From an uncultured Acidobacteriota bacterium (GTDB lineage Bacteria > Acidobacteriota > Vicinamibacteria > Vicinamibacterales > UBA8438): DNA of 64,000 bases. Below the pieces are notes generated by a model. That model was not told the origin of the DNA and ran no database searches. It was given only the letters and a program-made list of their open reading frames with translations. The position numbers and the translations under genes were made by a program. The stretch lies in the NCBI GenBank assembly GCA_913043225.1, contig CAJWLU010000013.1, positions 1 to 64,000 on the forward strand, read 5' to 3'. Positions 1-9,158 of the stretch are shown in pieces (positions within the stretch are counted from its first letter, which is position 1; each line of letters starts with the position of its first letter).

Positions 1-137
1 CGTCGCCAGACATTCCGCTGGAAGCCTCCGCGTCGCCAGACATTCCGCTGGAAGCCTCCGCGTCGCCAGACATTCCGCTGGAAGCCTCCGCGTCGCCAGA
101 CATTCCGCTGGAAGCATCCGCGTCGCCAGACACTCCG
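1..137 (+). repeat. 30-bp coding tandem repeat (unit CGTCGCCAGACATTCCGCTGGAAGCCTCCG): 4 full copies plus a degenerate partial copy, truncated by the window edge
   Basis: Copies at 1-30, 31-60 and 61-90 are identical, 91-120 has one substitution, and 121-137 is a partial variant. In the open frame it reads (SPDIPLEASA)n. Confidence 0.95.
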
Positions 138-623
138 AGACGGGCGGCGTCGCCGTCTCCGAGCTTCCTTGAGCCGAGCAGCTTCGTTCAGTCGAGCTTC
201 CAGGCCTCGGGGCGGCCCATGTGGGTCACGGTCCTACTGGGGCGAGGTGCGGCCTACGGTGACTGGAACGTGGTGTTCTTCGGCGATGTCGTCGCTGCGG
301 AGGACCGCTTCGCAGCAGCCTCCTACTCAGACATGAAGGTGCTTGAGTTCTTTGAGCAGTTCGGTTTGGTCGGCGCGCTGCTGCTACTAGCCAGCGGCGC
401 CCTGGGTCTCTGGATCGCCGGTCGGACGAGTTGGGCCGCGGTCGACGTGGCGACCCGCGCACGCTATGCCGGCGCGTTTCTTGTGGTGTTCATCGGCTAT
501 GTGGCGTTGGCGCATCTGCCTTCGCTCTTCCGTCTTGGCACCAGTACGGCCGTGTTCGCGATACTGGGGCTGGTTGTCTCGGCCTCAACGGATCGGACCG
601 ACGAGGGGGGTGCGCCGGCGTGA
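3..623 (+). CDS. C-terminal part of a polytopic membrane protein, Wzy polymerase/O-antigen ligase-like (5' truncated)
   Basis: Frame open from base 3 through the repeat into ORF 219..623. SDMKVLEFFEQFGLVG resembles the late loop/helix motif of Wzy_C-type proteins and is followed by hydrophobic helices. Confidence 0.55.
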   Translation, partial: SPDIPLEASASPDIPLEASASPDIPLEASASPDIPLEASASPDTPRRAASPSPSFLEPSSFVQSSFQASGRPMWVTVLLGRGAAYGDWNVVFFGDVVAAEDRFAAASYSDMKVLEFFEQFGLVGALLLLASGALGLWIAGRTSWAAVDVATRARYAGAFLVVFIGYVALAHLPSLFRLGTSTAVFAILGLVVSASTDRTDEGGAPA

Positions 624-1261
624 TTAAGGTCGTGGTGCTCGACTTCGATGGTGTCCTTGTCGAGTCTGCTGATGTCAAGACGGAGGCGTTCGCCCAGCTC
701 TTTTCCAAGCACCACGCGCACCACGATGCCATCCGCCACTATCACCTTCGTCACGCCGGGATCTCGCGGCATGTCAAGATCCGTCACATCGTGACCGCTA
801 TCCTGGGCGAGCCGGCCGACGAGCGGCGCTTCGAGGATCTGGCCGAGCGATTCAGGGTGCTGGTTGAAAAGCAGGTCGCCGCCGCTCCCGTGGTGCGGGG
901 CGCACGAGAGTTTCTGAGCGCGGCCCAGGGCCGTTATCACCTGTATGTCGCGTCTGGGACGCCTGAGCCGGAGTTGCGACGGCTGACCGGGCGTCACGGG
1001 CTCTCGTCCAGTTTTGTCGAGGTCTACGGGTCACCGACGACCAAGCCGACGCTGCTACGGCGGATTGCCGCCGCCGAGGCGGTGCCCGTCCAGGGGATGG
1101 TTATGGTCGGCGACGGAGAGAGCGACCGGGACGCCGCTGACGAGACCGGGGTGCCGTTTGTGGCGCGAGTGACCGGTCCTGGGCCCCTCGCGTCGTGCCG
1201 CTGGCAGGTGCGGGATCTCAGCGAATTGCAGGCGGCCATCGATCAGATCGACGCGGCGTGA
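620..1261 (+). CDS. HAD-superfamily (IA-like) phosphatase
   Basis: GTGA overlap with the upstream stop. Motif I VVLDFDGVLVES, motif II VASGT, motif IV MVGDGESD. Confidence 0.88.
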   Translation: MIKVVVLDFDGVLVESADVKTEAFAQLFSKHHAHHDAIRHYHLRHAGISRHVKIRHIVTAILGEPADERRFEDLAERFRVLVEKQVAAAPVVRGAREFLSAAQGRYHLYVASGTPEPELRRLTGRHGLSSSFVEVYGSPTTKPTLLRRIAAAEAVPVQGMVMVGDGESDRDAADETGVPFVARVTGPGPLASCRWQVRDLSELQAAIDQIDAA

Positions 1262-1267
1262 TCCTGT

Positions 1268-3271
1268 ATGCGGACGCTGCTTGTCTTCGACGACGATGCT
1301 ACGCCCGAGGCGGTTGTGGCTGGTGCGGTCGGCGCGACCCACGTCGATCTGTTTCCACTGACATTCAGATGGGACCGTCTTCGAGCGATCGAGCGTCAGC
1401 TCGAGGCCCGGGTCGAGACGTTGCGGCGGCTCGACGTGCCCCGTCTGGTGGACGCCGAGGTCACGGGGCTTCGCCAGCGTCTCCCCGCGTGGGCCCGCGA
1501 TGTCGCCGAGCGAGTGGTCGATGGGCGTCCGGTGGCGAGCTGGCTGCGACGGAAGCCAGGTGTCGAGTCCTCGTTTTGGTCCGGGTCGATCGCGGAGAAG
1601 AACCCGCTCAAGACGCCCGAGCTCTTTCTCGTGGCGCAGGTCCGAGCGGTGGACAAACAGCTGACGGACGGAGGGTATCAGGCGTGTCGTCTGCTGCTCG
1701 GAGGTGGTTTATTGCGGCGCACCCTGGTCGATGTCGCCCGTGCGCACGACGTGTCGGTCGCCGCGTCCTCGACCACCAGTTCGTGGCGGGCGCGCCTGCG
1801 GTCGTGGCTGGAGGGGGACGGCGCCGTCGCGACCCCAATGGCCGCCTGGTTGGTCTGGAGCCGTTTCCTGGCGTGGGGGTTGATGGCGCGGGGGTTGACG
1901 TTTGGCGCGGCCGGTCTCGAGCCGCCCGCCACGCTGTTCGTGTCCTACTTTCCCCATGTCGACCGGCGGGCGGCTGCGTCCGGTCGGTTCGTGAACCGCT
2001 ATGTCGGTCCGCTGCAGGACAGGCTGACCGAGGCCGGGCCGGTCTGGTGGCTCGGGCTCTTCGTGTTTATCGACGGTCGGGGTTTCCGCGAGGCGGCCAG
2101 CCTGGCGCGTCGATTCGTGGCTGGCGGGGAACGGTTGGCACTCCTGGAGGCGTATGGCACGCCGCTGGCGATGGTACGCGTGTGGTTGGAGTGGTGGCGG
2201 CTCTCCCGCCGGGCCCGCCGCTTGCGGCTCGCCATGGAGGTTCCGCTCGCGCGCGGGTTGCTGCCACCCAGCTCTGAGGTGCTCGCCAGACGGTTGTGGC
2301 GGCGGTCCTACGAGGGCATCGATTTGATGCGCGGGCTGTATTACGCCGCGGTGTGCGAGCAGGCAATCTCCGATGCCCGCACCGCGAGCCGCTGTCTCTA
2401 CCTGTGTGAGATGCAGACCTGGGAGCATGCCCTGGTGGCCGCGGCGCGGCGGGCGGGGGTGCCCACGCTCGGTTATCAGCACACCTCTGTGTCACGGAAC
2501 TACTACTTCTATAGCCAGGCTCCAGGCCAGCTTGACGGTGCGCCGACGCCGGACGGGCTGGCGGTGCCAGACCAGCTGGTCGCGAACGGCGAGCGTCCCC
2601 GTGCTCTCCTAGCCGAGTCAGGCTATCCCGGACTCGTGATGGCTGAGAGTGTCCGTTATCTGGGTCTGCGCGCCGCGCTGGCGGCGGACCGGCCGACGGG
2701 TGACGGACGCCCCGTGGTGCTCGTGGCCGGCTCGATCATCGAGCGGGAGACCGCCGCGCTGCTCTCTCTGGTCGGTACGACGTGGCCGGCAGACGGTTCC
2801 CCTTTGCCGGACGCCGACGTGACGCTGTGGCTCAAGGGACACCCGTCGCAGCCGATCGTCCCGGTCGCCGAGCGGGTCGGCCTGTCGCTCGACGATCCCC
2901 GCCTCGTCATCAAAGAGGGCGACATTGCGGCGCTCTTGCCAGAGGTCGACCTGGTCGTCGTTCCGACGAGCGCTGTGGCGATCGAGGCTCTGGCCTATGG
3001 GTGCGAGGTGGTCGTCCCAGTGTTCGGCACGTTCCCTGCTATGACGCCGCTGGCCGGCTTCGATGACGTGTACCGTCGCGTGCACTCGCCAGAGGAGCTG
3101 CGGGCGCTTGTGTCCACCTTCTGCGCGGAGGGGCCGCGGGTCGACCGCGAGACGAAACGGGCGTTCGTCGAGAGTTACTGGTGTCTGGACCCGTCGCTCC
3201 CGCGGTGGAGTCGGCTGCTCGGTCTCGACGCTCGGAGTACAGGTTCGTCTCCGCGGGGAGAGACGCACTGA
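1268..3271 (+). CDS. Surface carbohydrate biosynthesis protein, GT-B-like (resembles TIGR04326/LIC13510 family)
   Basis: 667 aa with FW..IAEKNP, LYLCEMQTWE, GYQH, LKGHP and TSAVAIEA motifs typical of capsule/LPS GT-B-like proteins. Family assignment is from recollection. Confidence 0.6.
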   Translation: MRTLLVFDDDATPEAVVAGAVGATHVDLFPLTFRWDRLRAIERQLEARVETLRRLDVPRLVDAEVTGLRQRLPAWARDVAERVVDGRPVASWLRRKPGVESSFWSGSIAEKNPLKTPELFLVAQVRAVDKQLTDGGYQACRLLLGGGLLRRTLVDVARAHDVSVAASSTTSSWRARLRSWLEGDGAVATPMAAWLVWSRFLAWGLMARGLTFGAAGLEPPATLFVSYFPHVDRRAAASGRFVNRYVGPLQDRLTEAGPVWWLGLFVFIDGRGFREAASLARRFVAGGERLALLEAYGTPLAMVRVWLEWWRLSRRARRLRLAMEVPLARGLLPPSSEVLARRLWRRSYEGIDLMRGLYYAAVCEQAISDARTASRCLYLCEMQTWEHALVAAARRAGVPTLGYQHTSVSRNYYFYSQAPGQLDGAPTPDGLAVPDQLVANGERPRALLAESGYPGLVMAESVRYLGLRAALAADRPTGDGRPVVLVAGSIIERETAALLSLVGTTWPADGSPLPDADVTLWLKGHPSQPIVPVAERVGLSLDDPRLVIKEGDIAALLPEVDLVVVPTSAVAIEALAYGCEVVVPVFGTFPAMTPLAGFDDVYRRVHSPEELRALVSTFCAEGPRVDRETKRAFVESYWCLDPSLPRWSRLLGLDARSTGSSPRGETH

Positions 3272-4755
3272 TGGACCAGCCTTCGATCATCTTGATCATC
3301 TTGGACTCGGCTCGCCGGGACATGTTCGGCTGCTACGGGTCAAATCTCGGCCTGACCCCAAACTTCGATCGGCTCGCGTCGGAAGGGATGCTGCTCTGGG
3401 ATCACTATGCCGCGGGGTGTGGCTCGGCCCAGGCGCACGTCAGCACCTTCACCGGCCAGCACTCGGCGCGCCATCGAATGGTCCACAACCTGTGCGAGGT
3501 GCGTGACGACCTGCTGGCCATGCCCAAGCTGCTCCGGGAGCTGGGGTATCGGACCTATGGTCATAGCAAGGCGAGCTTCATCCCACCGGCTGGCCACGAG
3601 GACCTCTTCGGGTTCGATGAGATGTGGTACTCGGGTAAGGCGTCGGCCCGGGCGCGCTCGGGCGGAGTGCGTGATCGTGCGCTCGACCTGTTGCGGCGCT
3701 GGCCATGGGCCTTCAATACCGCGAAACGGTTCTACGGCACCATGCTCGGTCGGGAGCGTCAGCTGGCGGCGTCGGCCCGCTACTTCGACGGGCATGCTTC
3801 GTTTCGGTACCTGCGCGACCGGTTGGCGGAGCATCACGGGTCAGCGCCGGTCTTCGCCTACTCGACGATCCTCCATCCGCACACGCCCTACTACCCGCCC
3901 AAGCGTTACCTTGACCGCTTCTTCCACGGTCGACCGGTCCCGGCGCAGGCGCTGGACATCCAGGCCAACTTCCACGCCTACGCCAACGGCGATTTCGGAG
4001 AGGCCAGGGAGGGTATCGAGGCGCTGAAGCTCTGCTACCAGGCAGACCTCGTCTACGGGGACGAGCAGCTCGGGCAGTTTGCTGACGATCTCACCGAACG
4101 TGGCATCCTTGACGAGTCTGTGCTCATCGTGACGTCTGACCATGGCGAGCTCTTCGGCGAGCATGGGCTGGCCAACCACGGCGCCAGCGTCTGGGAGCCG
4201 CTCTATTCCACGCCCTGCCTCATCCGCTATCCGGAGGCGGTTCCAGCCGGAACCGTCGTGCGCGGGCTCACCTCGGCGCTGGATCTGGTGCCGACCGCAT
4301 TCTCGCTCATCGGTAAGGAGGAGTGGCTCGCGGATCGCACGACGCTCGACGGCGCGCCGCTGGCGCCGGACACGCAGGTCGATCCCGACCGTACGCTGGT
4401 CGTCGACTCGCCGCCAGCCGTACTGCCCGAACGGTTCAAGCAGTACCCGAAGCTGCTCTATCTGCTGAGCATCATCGCCCGCGCGGCGCGAACGAGTGAG
4501 TTCAAGTACATCTGGCAATCGAATGGTCAGAGGCTGTTGTTCCGGACCGGAACGCCAGAGGACGATCAGCATAACGTGCTCGAGGAGTATCCCGAGATTG
4601 CCGACGATCTGCACTCCAGGATGGTCGCCTTCTATGAAGCGGTCGATCCGGAGTTCGTGATCGAGCAATACCCGGTCGCCATCGGTCGGACGGCCGGTGC
4701 CCTGATGACCAACCCCACCGTGCGGCAAGAGCTCAAGCGGCTGGGCTACATGTAG
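3271..4755 (+). CDS. Sulfatase-like / alkaline-phosphatase-superfamily hydrolase or transferase
   Basis: ATG overlaps the upstream TGA. Motifs IILIILDSARRD, TPNFDRLA, HPHTPY, IVTSDHGE and C-terminal LKRLGY. Confidence 0.85.
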   Translation: MDQPSIILIILDSARRDMFGCYGSNLGLTPNFDRLASEGMLLWDHYAAGCGSAQAHVSTFTGQHSARHRMVHNLCEVRDDLLAMPKLLRELGYRTYGHSKASFIPPAGHEDLFGFDEMWYSGKASARARSGGVRDRALDLLRRWPWAFNTAKRFYGTMLGRERQLAASARYFDGHASFRYLRDRLAEHHGSAPVFAYSTILHPHTPYYPPKRYLDRFFHGRPVPAQALDIQANFHAYANGDFGEAREGIEALKLCYQADLVYGDEQLGQFADDLTERGILDESVLIVTSDHGELFGEHGLANHGASVWEPLYSTPCLIRYPEAVPAGTVVRGLTSALDLVPTAFSLIGKEEWLADRTTLDGAPLAPDTQVDPDRTLVVDSPPAVLPERFKQYPKLLYLLSIIARAARTSEFKYIWQSNGQRLLFRTGTPEDDQHNVLEEYPEIADDLHSRMVAFYEAVDPEFVIEQYPVAIGRTAGALMTNPTVRQELKRLGYM

Positions 4756-5792
4756 TGGCGCCTGGTGTGGATCCATCCCCTCAGCCGGCGATGAAGGAAG
4801 AGCAGATCCGCCCTGCGCGGTTGTTCGACCGCTATCTCGAGATCGCGCTTGAGGATGCGCGTGAGCTCCTGGCCGAAGCGACCGAGTTCGACGAGGTCGC
4901 TTGCCCGGCCTGCACCGCTGCGGGTGTGACGGAACGGTTCGATCGCCACGGATTTCAGTATCGCTGCTGCGCCGAGTGCCAGTCGCTCTACCTGAGTCCC
5001 CGACCGTCGGCGGCGCAGCTGGATCAGTTCTACAGCATGTCGAAAGCGGTGGCGTATTTCGCGACCCACTTTTACAAGGAAACCGAAGACGCGCGGCGAC
5101 GCGAGCTCGTTCGTCCCAAGGCGGAGATGACGGCGGAGTGGGCGCGCCGACTGGAGGCGACCGGTTGCCTGGCCGACGTCGGCTCCGGGTACGGCACCTA
5201 TCTCGAAGAGACCCGTGAGCTGGGCGTCTTCGACGACCTGCTTGCTGTGGAGCCAGCCTCCCGGTTGGCCGGGGTGTGCCGAGACAAGGGATTCCGCGTG
5301 ATCGAGCAGCCGGCCGAAGCGATCGCGGAGACGGTCGATGCCAGCTGCTGCACTTGCTTCGAGGTCCTCGAGCACGTGCATGATCCGCTGCGCCTCTTGG
5401 GTGCGCTGAAGCGGATCGTGCGACCGGGGGGCATGGTGCTGTTCACCACGCTGACCGCCTCCGGGTTCGACATTGTGGAGCTCTGGCGCGAGTCGAAATC
5501 GGTCATGCCGCCCAGTCATCTCAATCTGCTTAGCACCGGCGGTCTACGACGACTGGTTGAACGTGCCGGTCTCGAGTTGGTGGATCTGAGCACGCCGGGG
5601 CGGCTCGATGTCGACATCCTGGCCAACGCTCTCCGGGATCGCCCCGAGCTCCAGGTATCCCGTTTCGCGCGCCAGATCTTGGCGGCCCCGGAGCCCGTAC
5701 GGCGACGGTTTCAGCAGTTTCTGCAGGACAGCGAGCTCAGCTCCCATGTTCGAATCGTGGCACGGCGCCCGGGTGGCGACCCGTCGGCATGA
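4755..5792 (+). CDS. Class I SAM-dependent methyltransferase with N-terminal Zn-ribbon (alternative start ATG 4791)
   Basis: CPAC...CAEC, DVGSGYG and FEVLEHVHDP motifs. Confidence 0.88.
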   Translation: MAPGVDPSPQPAMKEEQIRPARLFDRYLEIALEDARELLAEATEFDEVACPACTAAGVTERFDRHGFQYRCCAECQSLYLSPRPSAAQLDQFYSMSKAVAYFATHFYKETEDARRRELVRPKAEMTAEWARRLEATGCLADVGSGYGTYLEETRELGVFDDLLAVEPASRLAGVCRDKGFRVIEQPAEAIAETVDASCCTCFEVLEHVHDPLRLLGALKRIVRPGGMVLFTTLTASGFDIVELWRESKSVMPPSHLNLLSTGGLRRLVERAGLELVDLSTPGRLDVDILANALRDRPELQVSRFARQILAAPEPVRRRFQQFLQDSELSSHVRIVARRPGGDPSA

Positions 5793-6970
5793 CCAGGATT
5801 CGGGTGGTACAGATCACCACGCGTCTCAATGTAGGAGGCATTGCCCATCAGGTGATCGGCGTGTGCGAGGGGCTCGATCCGGAACGGTTCGAGTGCACGC
5901 TCATCACGGGGCGGCCCGGTCGCTTCGAAAGCCAGATGCTCGACTATGTCGACCGTCAGCCAGGACGGCTCCATTTCATTCCCGAATTGGGGCGCGACGT
6001 GTTCTGGCGCGATCTGCCGGCATTTCTCAAGCTTGTCCGTCTCCTTCGCCGGCTCAGACCAGACGTCGTGCATACCCATGCGGCCAAGGCGGGCGCCCTG
6101 GGACGACTCGCGGCCTGGGCGGCTCGGGTGCCGGTGCGCGTGCACAGTTACCACGGCCACGTCTTCCGAGGGTACTTCCATCCGATCGCCGAAGCCCTGA
6201 TCGTGCAGATCGAGCGCTGGCTCGGCTACCTGACCTCGATGGTGCTGCTCCCCAGCGAGTCTCAACGCGATGAGATCGTCGTCGATTTTCGGATCGTTCC
6301 TGCCGAGAAGACGCGCGTGGTGCGTTACGGCATCTCAGTGGACGAGGCGTCCACTTTGCCCGACCAGCGCGAGGTGAGACGCCGGTTTCGGCTCGATGCG
6401 CCCCTGGTGGTCGGCATGTTGGGACGGATGGCGCCGATCAAGAACCACGCCTTAACGGTGGACGCGTTCGCGCGACTGCAGTCCAGAGAAGACGTTCCTG
6501 ACGTGCAGCTGCTGCTCGCGGGTGAGGGTGAAACCCGGGCCGAGCTGGAGCGCCAGGTGGCCGATTTGAGGATCGGAGACCGGGTAAGGTTTCAGGGTTT
6601 TCAGAGGGACCTGCGGGATGTGTACGCGGCGCTGGACGTGCTCGTTATCTCGTCGCGAAACGAGGGCGTGCCGATCGCGGCGCTGGAAGCGATGGCCGCC
6701 GGCGTGCCGCTCGTCGTCACCGCCGTTGGAGGGTTGGTCGACCTGATCCGAGACGGTGAGAACGGTTGGCTCACCCCGCTCGACGATCCCAACCGGCTCG
6801 CCGAGGTGCTCCACCAGGCGCTCGTGTTGCCCGCCGAGCGCTCGCGTGTCGCTGAGGCTGCGCGGCGGGACGTCCAGGCCCGGTATCGTGCGGACGCGAT
6901 TCACCTGGAGCTCGAACAGCTGTATCGAGACGCGCTGACCCGGGCCGGCGCGCGGAATCCTGAATCATGA
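5789..6970 (+). CDS. Glycosyltransferase family 4 (GT-B)
   Basis: RLNVGG, VVHTHAAKAG and SRNEGVPIAALEAMAAG motifs. Confidence 0.92.
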   Translation: MTRIRVVQITTRLNVGGIAHQVIGVCEGLDPERFECTLITGRPGRFESQMLDYVDRQPGRLHFIPELGRDVFWRDLPAFLKLVRLLRRLRPDVVHTHAAKAGALGRLAAWAARVPVRVHSYHGHVFRGYFHPIAEALIVQIERWLGYLTSMVLLPSESQRDEIVVDFRIVPAEKTRVVRYGISVDEASTLPDQREVRRRFRLDAPLVVGMLGRMAPIKNHALTVDAFARLQSREDVPDVQLLLAGEGETRAELERQVADLRIGDRVRFQGFQRDLRDVYAALDVLVISSRNEGVPIAALEAMAAGVPLVVTAVGGLVDLIRDGENGWLTPLDDPNRLAEVLHQALVLPAERSRVAEAARRDVQARYRADAIHLELEQLYRDALTRAGARNPES

Positions 6971-7065
6971 TCGACTCGAAGACCCGTGGGCGCCTGACGG
7001 TCGATGCCGTGGACAAGGCGAAGCAGGGGCTGCGAGAGCTCAAGGCCTTCTTCTCCCTCGAATGA
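6967..7065 (+). CDS. 32-aa small ORF (MIDSKTRGRLTVDAVDKAKQGLRELKAFFSLE)
   Basis: Fills the gap exactly, with ATGA overlaps at both ends and GC-rich third codon positions. Too short for the supplied ORF track. Confidence 0.55.
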   Translation: MIDSKTRGRLTVDAVDKAKQGLRELKAFFSLE

Positions 7066-9032
7066 GTGACGGTGCGCTCGTCTTCGAGCGCTACTCGGTG
7101 TGGCAGCTGTTGAGCGTCTGGCGGATCGCTCGACGGGTGCGACGGGTCTATGTGATGGACCAGGCCCATGCCGTCGAGCGGGTGCTCGGGGGGCGGCTGG
7201 GACTCCCCGCGTTCAAGTCCGACGCTCTGCTGGTACGACTTGGGCTGTACAACCCGGAGCGCAGTCGGCGCCTGTTCCTTCGTGTTCTCTCCTGGCTGAA
7301 CCGCGACGTGGAGACGCTTGAGTGCTCGATGGAGCTGGTCGCGCCGCACGTCTACCGCCTTAACCAGGAGGGGCCGTCGCGGATCGATCGCGTTGGTCCG
7401 GGTCTGTTCGAGCATTCGCTGATCTGGACGCTCCGAGAGATTGTTGGCGACGACCCGGTGTTGGTTCGTTACCTGCAGGGATTCCTTGCGTTGGTCGAAC
7501 CGCGCTGGCGACTCTTCGCCTTTGTTGCCCGGGATCTTGTTCAGAGCGACGCCCCGGTCACGGTGGTGCCCGAGGGACCGCTCGATGACCAGTGGGACGA
7601 CCCGGAACTGGACGGCGTCCGCCGTGCGGTGCCTCCGGGGGTGGATCGGATCAACAGGATCCGCTACGTAGGCCGCTTGCTTGCAGCCCGGTTGGTGGCC
7701 TGGCTCATGCCGATCGGGTTGTTCCTGGCGCACGCGCGTCACGGAGTTCGGCGGCGACCCGACGGGTCCTACGATGTCGTCATGCCGGTGGCCTGGGGCG
7801 TCTACCCGGTCAATGAGAGTAATGTTCAGTTTGGGGTCAAACGGTCCATCGATGACCTGTATCTGTATGGCGCCGAGCTCACGCCGGGGAGAATTCTCCA
7901 CCTGTTCGGCGACATTGGGTTAATGCCGGAAGACGAGAAGACGTTCCGTCTGGCGATGGTCGAACGGGGGCTGACCTTCCGGAACCGACGCCGATTCTCG
8001 GTGACCTGGGCCTTTGTGCGGGAGGTTCTACGCGCCGAGTTGATGCTGCTGCGGATGCTACGACCCCTGCCCGCCGACCGGGTCAGCCTGGCCCTCCTGT
8101 CGGCGGTGTCGAAAGGCGTCTACCACTACCTCCGGGCCGTGCTCGAGATGGGAAACATCGACTACCGGGTGGCGTTTGTCCGCAACGACTACAATCCTGG
8201 ACACGTCATCCACACCCTCGTTGCACATCGGCACGGCCGGAAAGTGGCGGGTGCGGCCCACGCCGCGTCTCTGTTCGACGCTCCCCAACTGGCCTATGTG
8301 CACCTGGACAGGTACTTCGCGCAGTGTGAGCTCTACAGCCGTACCTACGGGACCTACTGGGATGACGTGGGATTGGTGCGCAGTGGTCGCGAATCACTGG
8401 ACACTCTCTTGACGCAGTCGAACCAGGATGTCGACGCGATCCGAGCCAGAGTCCGCGAACTCTACGGTGATCGTCGATTCTTCGTGCTGCTCATGTTTCC
8501 CAGCGTAGTCAGCAAGATGTGCTTGGCATCACAGTGGCGCGAGATGCACGAAGGCGTGCGTCGGCTGGCCGAACTGGAACTCGACGCCCACATCTTCCTG
8601 CGCTTCCGTCAGAGCACCTTCGGCGAGCACCCCAATGGGGTACCCATCGTGCAGACGGCCGAGCGGGATCCGCGCATGATTCTCGATCATACGAATTTCG
8701 GTACGCCCGAGCTGCAGTTGGCGAGTGATCTGGTCGTCACGGCGAATGCCTCGTTCGGGATCAATGAAGCGATACTCGCGGGCAAACGAACCTTTACCTT
8801 CGGCTATACCTTAAAGGAGGATCTGTACTTTCCTCCGGACATCTACGGGTCAGACTTCGTTCTGATGACGGCCGACGATCTCGTGCGCGCGGTGGCCGGT
8901 GTGGCTATTGGATTCGACGGGGTCGATTGCCGATGGGATCGGTTGCGCCGAGATTCGGACTACTACGCCGATGGACGCAATTGCGACCGTATCCGGGAAG
9001 GGCTCCTCGAGCTCTGTCGGGTAGGCCAGTGA
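7062..9032 (+). CDS. Hypothetical polysaccharide biosynthesis protein with C-terminal GT-B-like domain
   Basis: 656 aa. C-terminal ASDLVVTANASFGINEAILAGK resembles the GT-B donor-binding segment of capsule/glycerophosphotransferase-like proteins. Confidence 0.5.
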   Translation: MSDGALVFERYSVWQLLSVWRIARRVRRVYVMDQAHAVERVLGGRLGLPAFKSDALLVRLGLYNPERSRRLFLRVLSWLNRDVETLECSMELVAPHVYRLNQEGPSRIDRVGPGLFEHSLIWTLREIVGDDPVLVRYLQGFLALVEPRWRLFAFVARDLVQSDAPVTVVPEGPLDDQWDDPELDGVRRAVPPGVDRINRIRYVGRLLAARLVAWLMPIGLFLAHARHGVRRRPDGSYDVVMPVAWGVYPVNESNVQFGVKRSIDDLYLYGAELTPGRILHLFGDIGLMPEDEKTFRLAMVERGLTFRNRRRFSVTWAFVREVLRAELMLLRMLRPLPADRVSLALLSAVSKGVYHYLRAVLEMGNIDYRVAFVRNDYNPGHVIHTLVAHRHGRKVAGAAHAASLFDAPQLAYVHLDRYFAQCELYSRTYGTYWDDVGLVRSGRESLDTLLTQSNQDVDAIRARVRELYGDRRFFVLLMFPSVVSKMCLASQWREMHEGVRRLAELELDAHIFLRFRQSTFGEHPNGVPIVQTAERDPRMILDHTNFGTPELQLASDLVVTANASFGINEAILAGKRTFTFGYTLKEDLYFPPDIYGSDFVLMTADDLVRAVAGVAIGFDGVDCRWDRLRRDSDYYADGRNCDRIREGLLELCRVGQ

Positions 9033-9158
9033 AACGAGTGAGTTCCAACTGTCGTTCAGTCCCCATTTGACGGAGCGCGTCTGGAATTGAAGGACGCCGA
9101 CCGCCCTGGCCCAGTTCAGGAGTCTCCGGCGGTTGGCCAGTGACGGAGGAGGACTGAG

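Noticed and set aside
1..137. CRISPR array
   Set aside because: The 30-bp units are head-to-tail with no unique spacers, stay in a coding frame, and no cas genes are present.
9033..9158. Gap with a short GGCCAGTGA direct repeat and short open frames
   Set aside because: The repeat is only about 9 bp and there is no convincing start or coding signal; treated as an ordinary spacer with an RBS.
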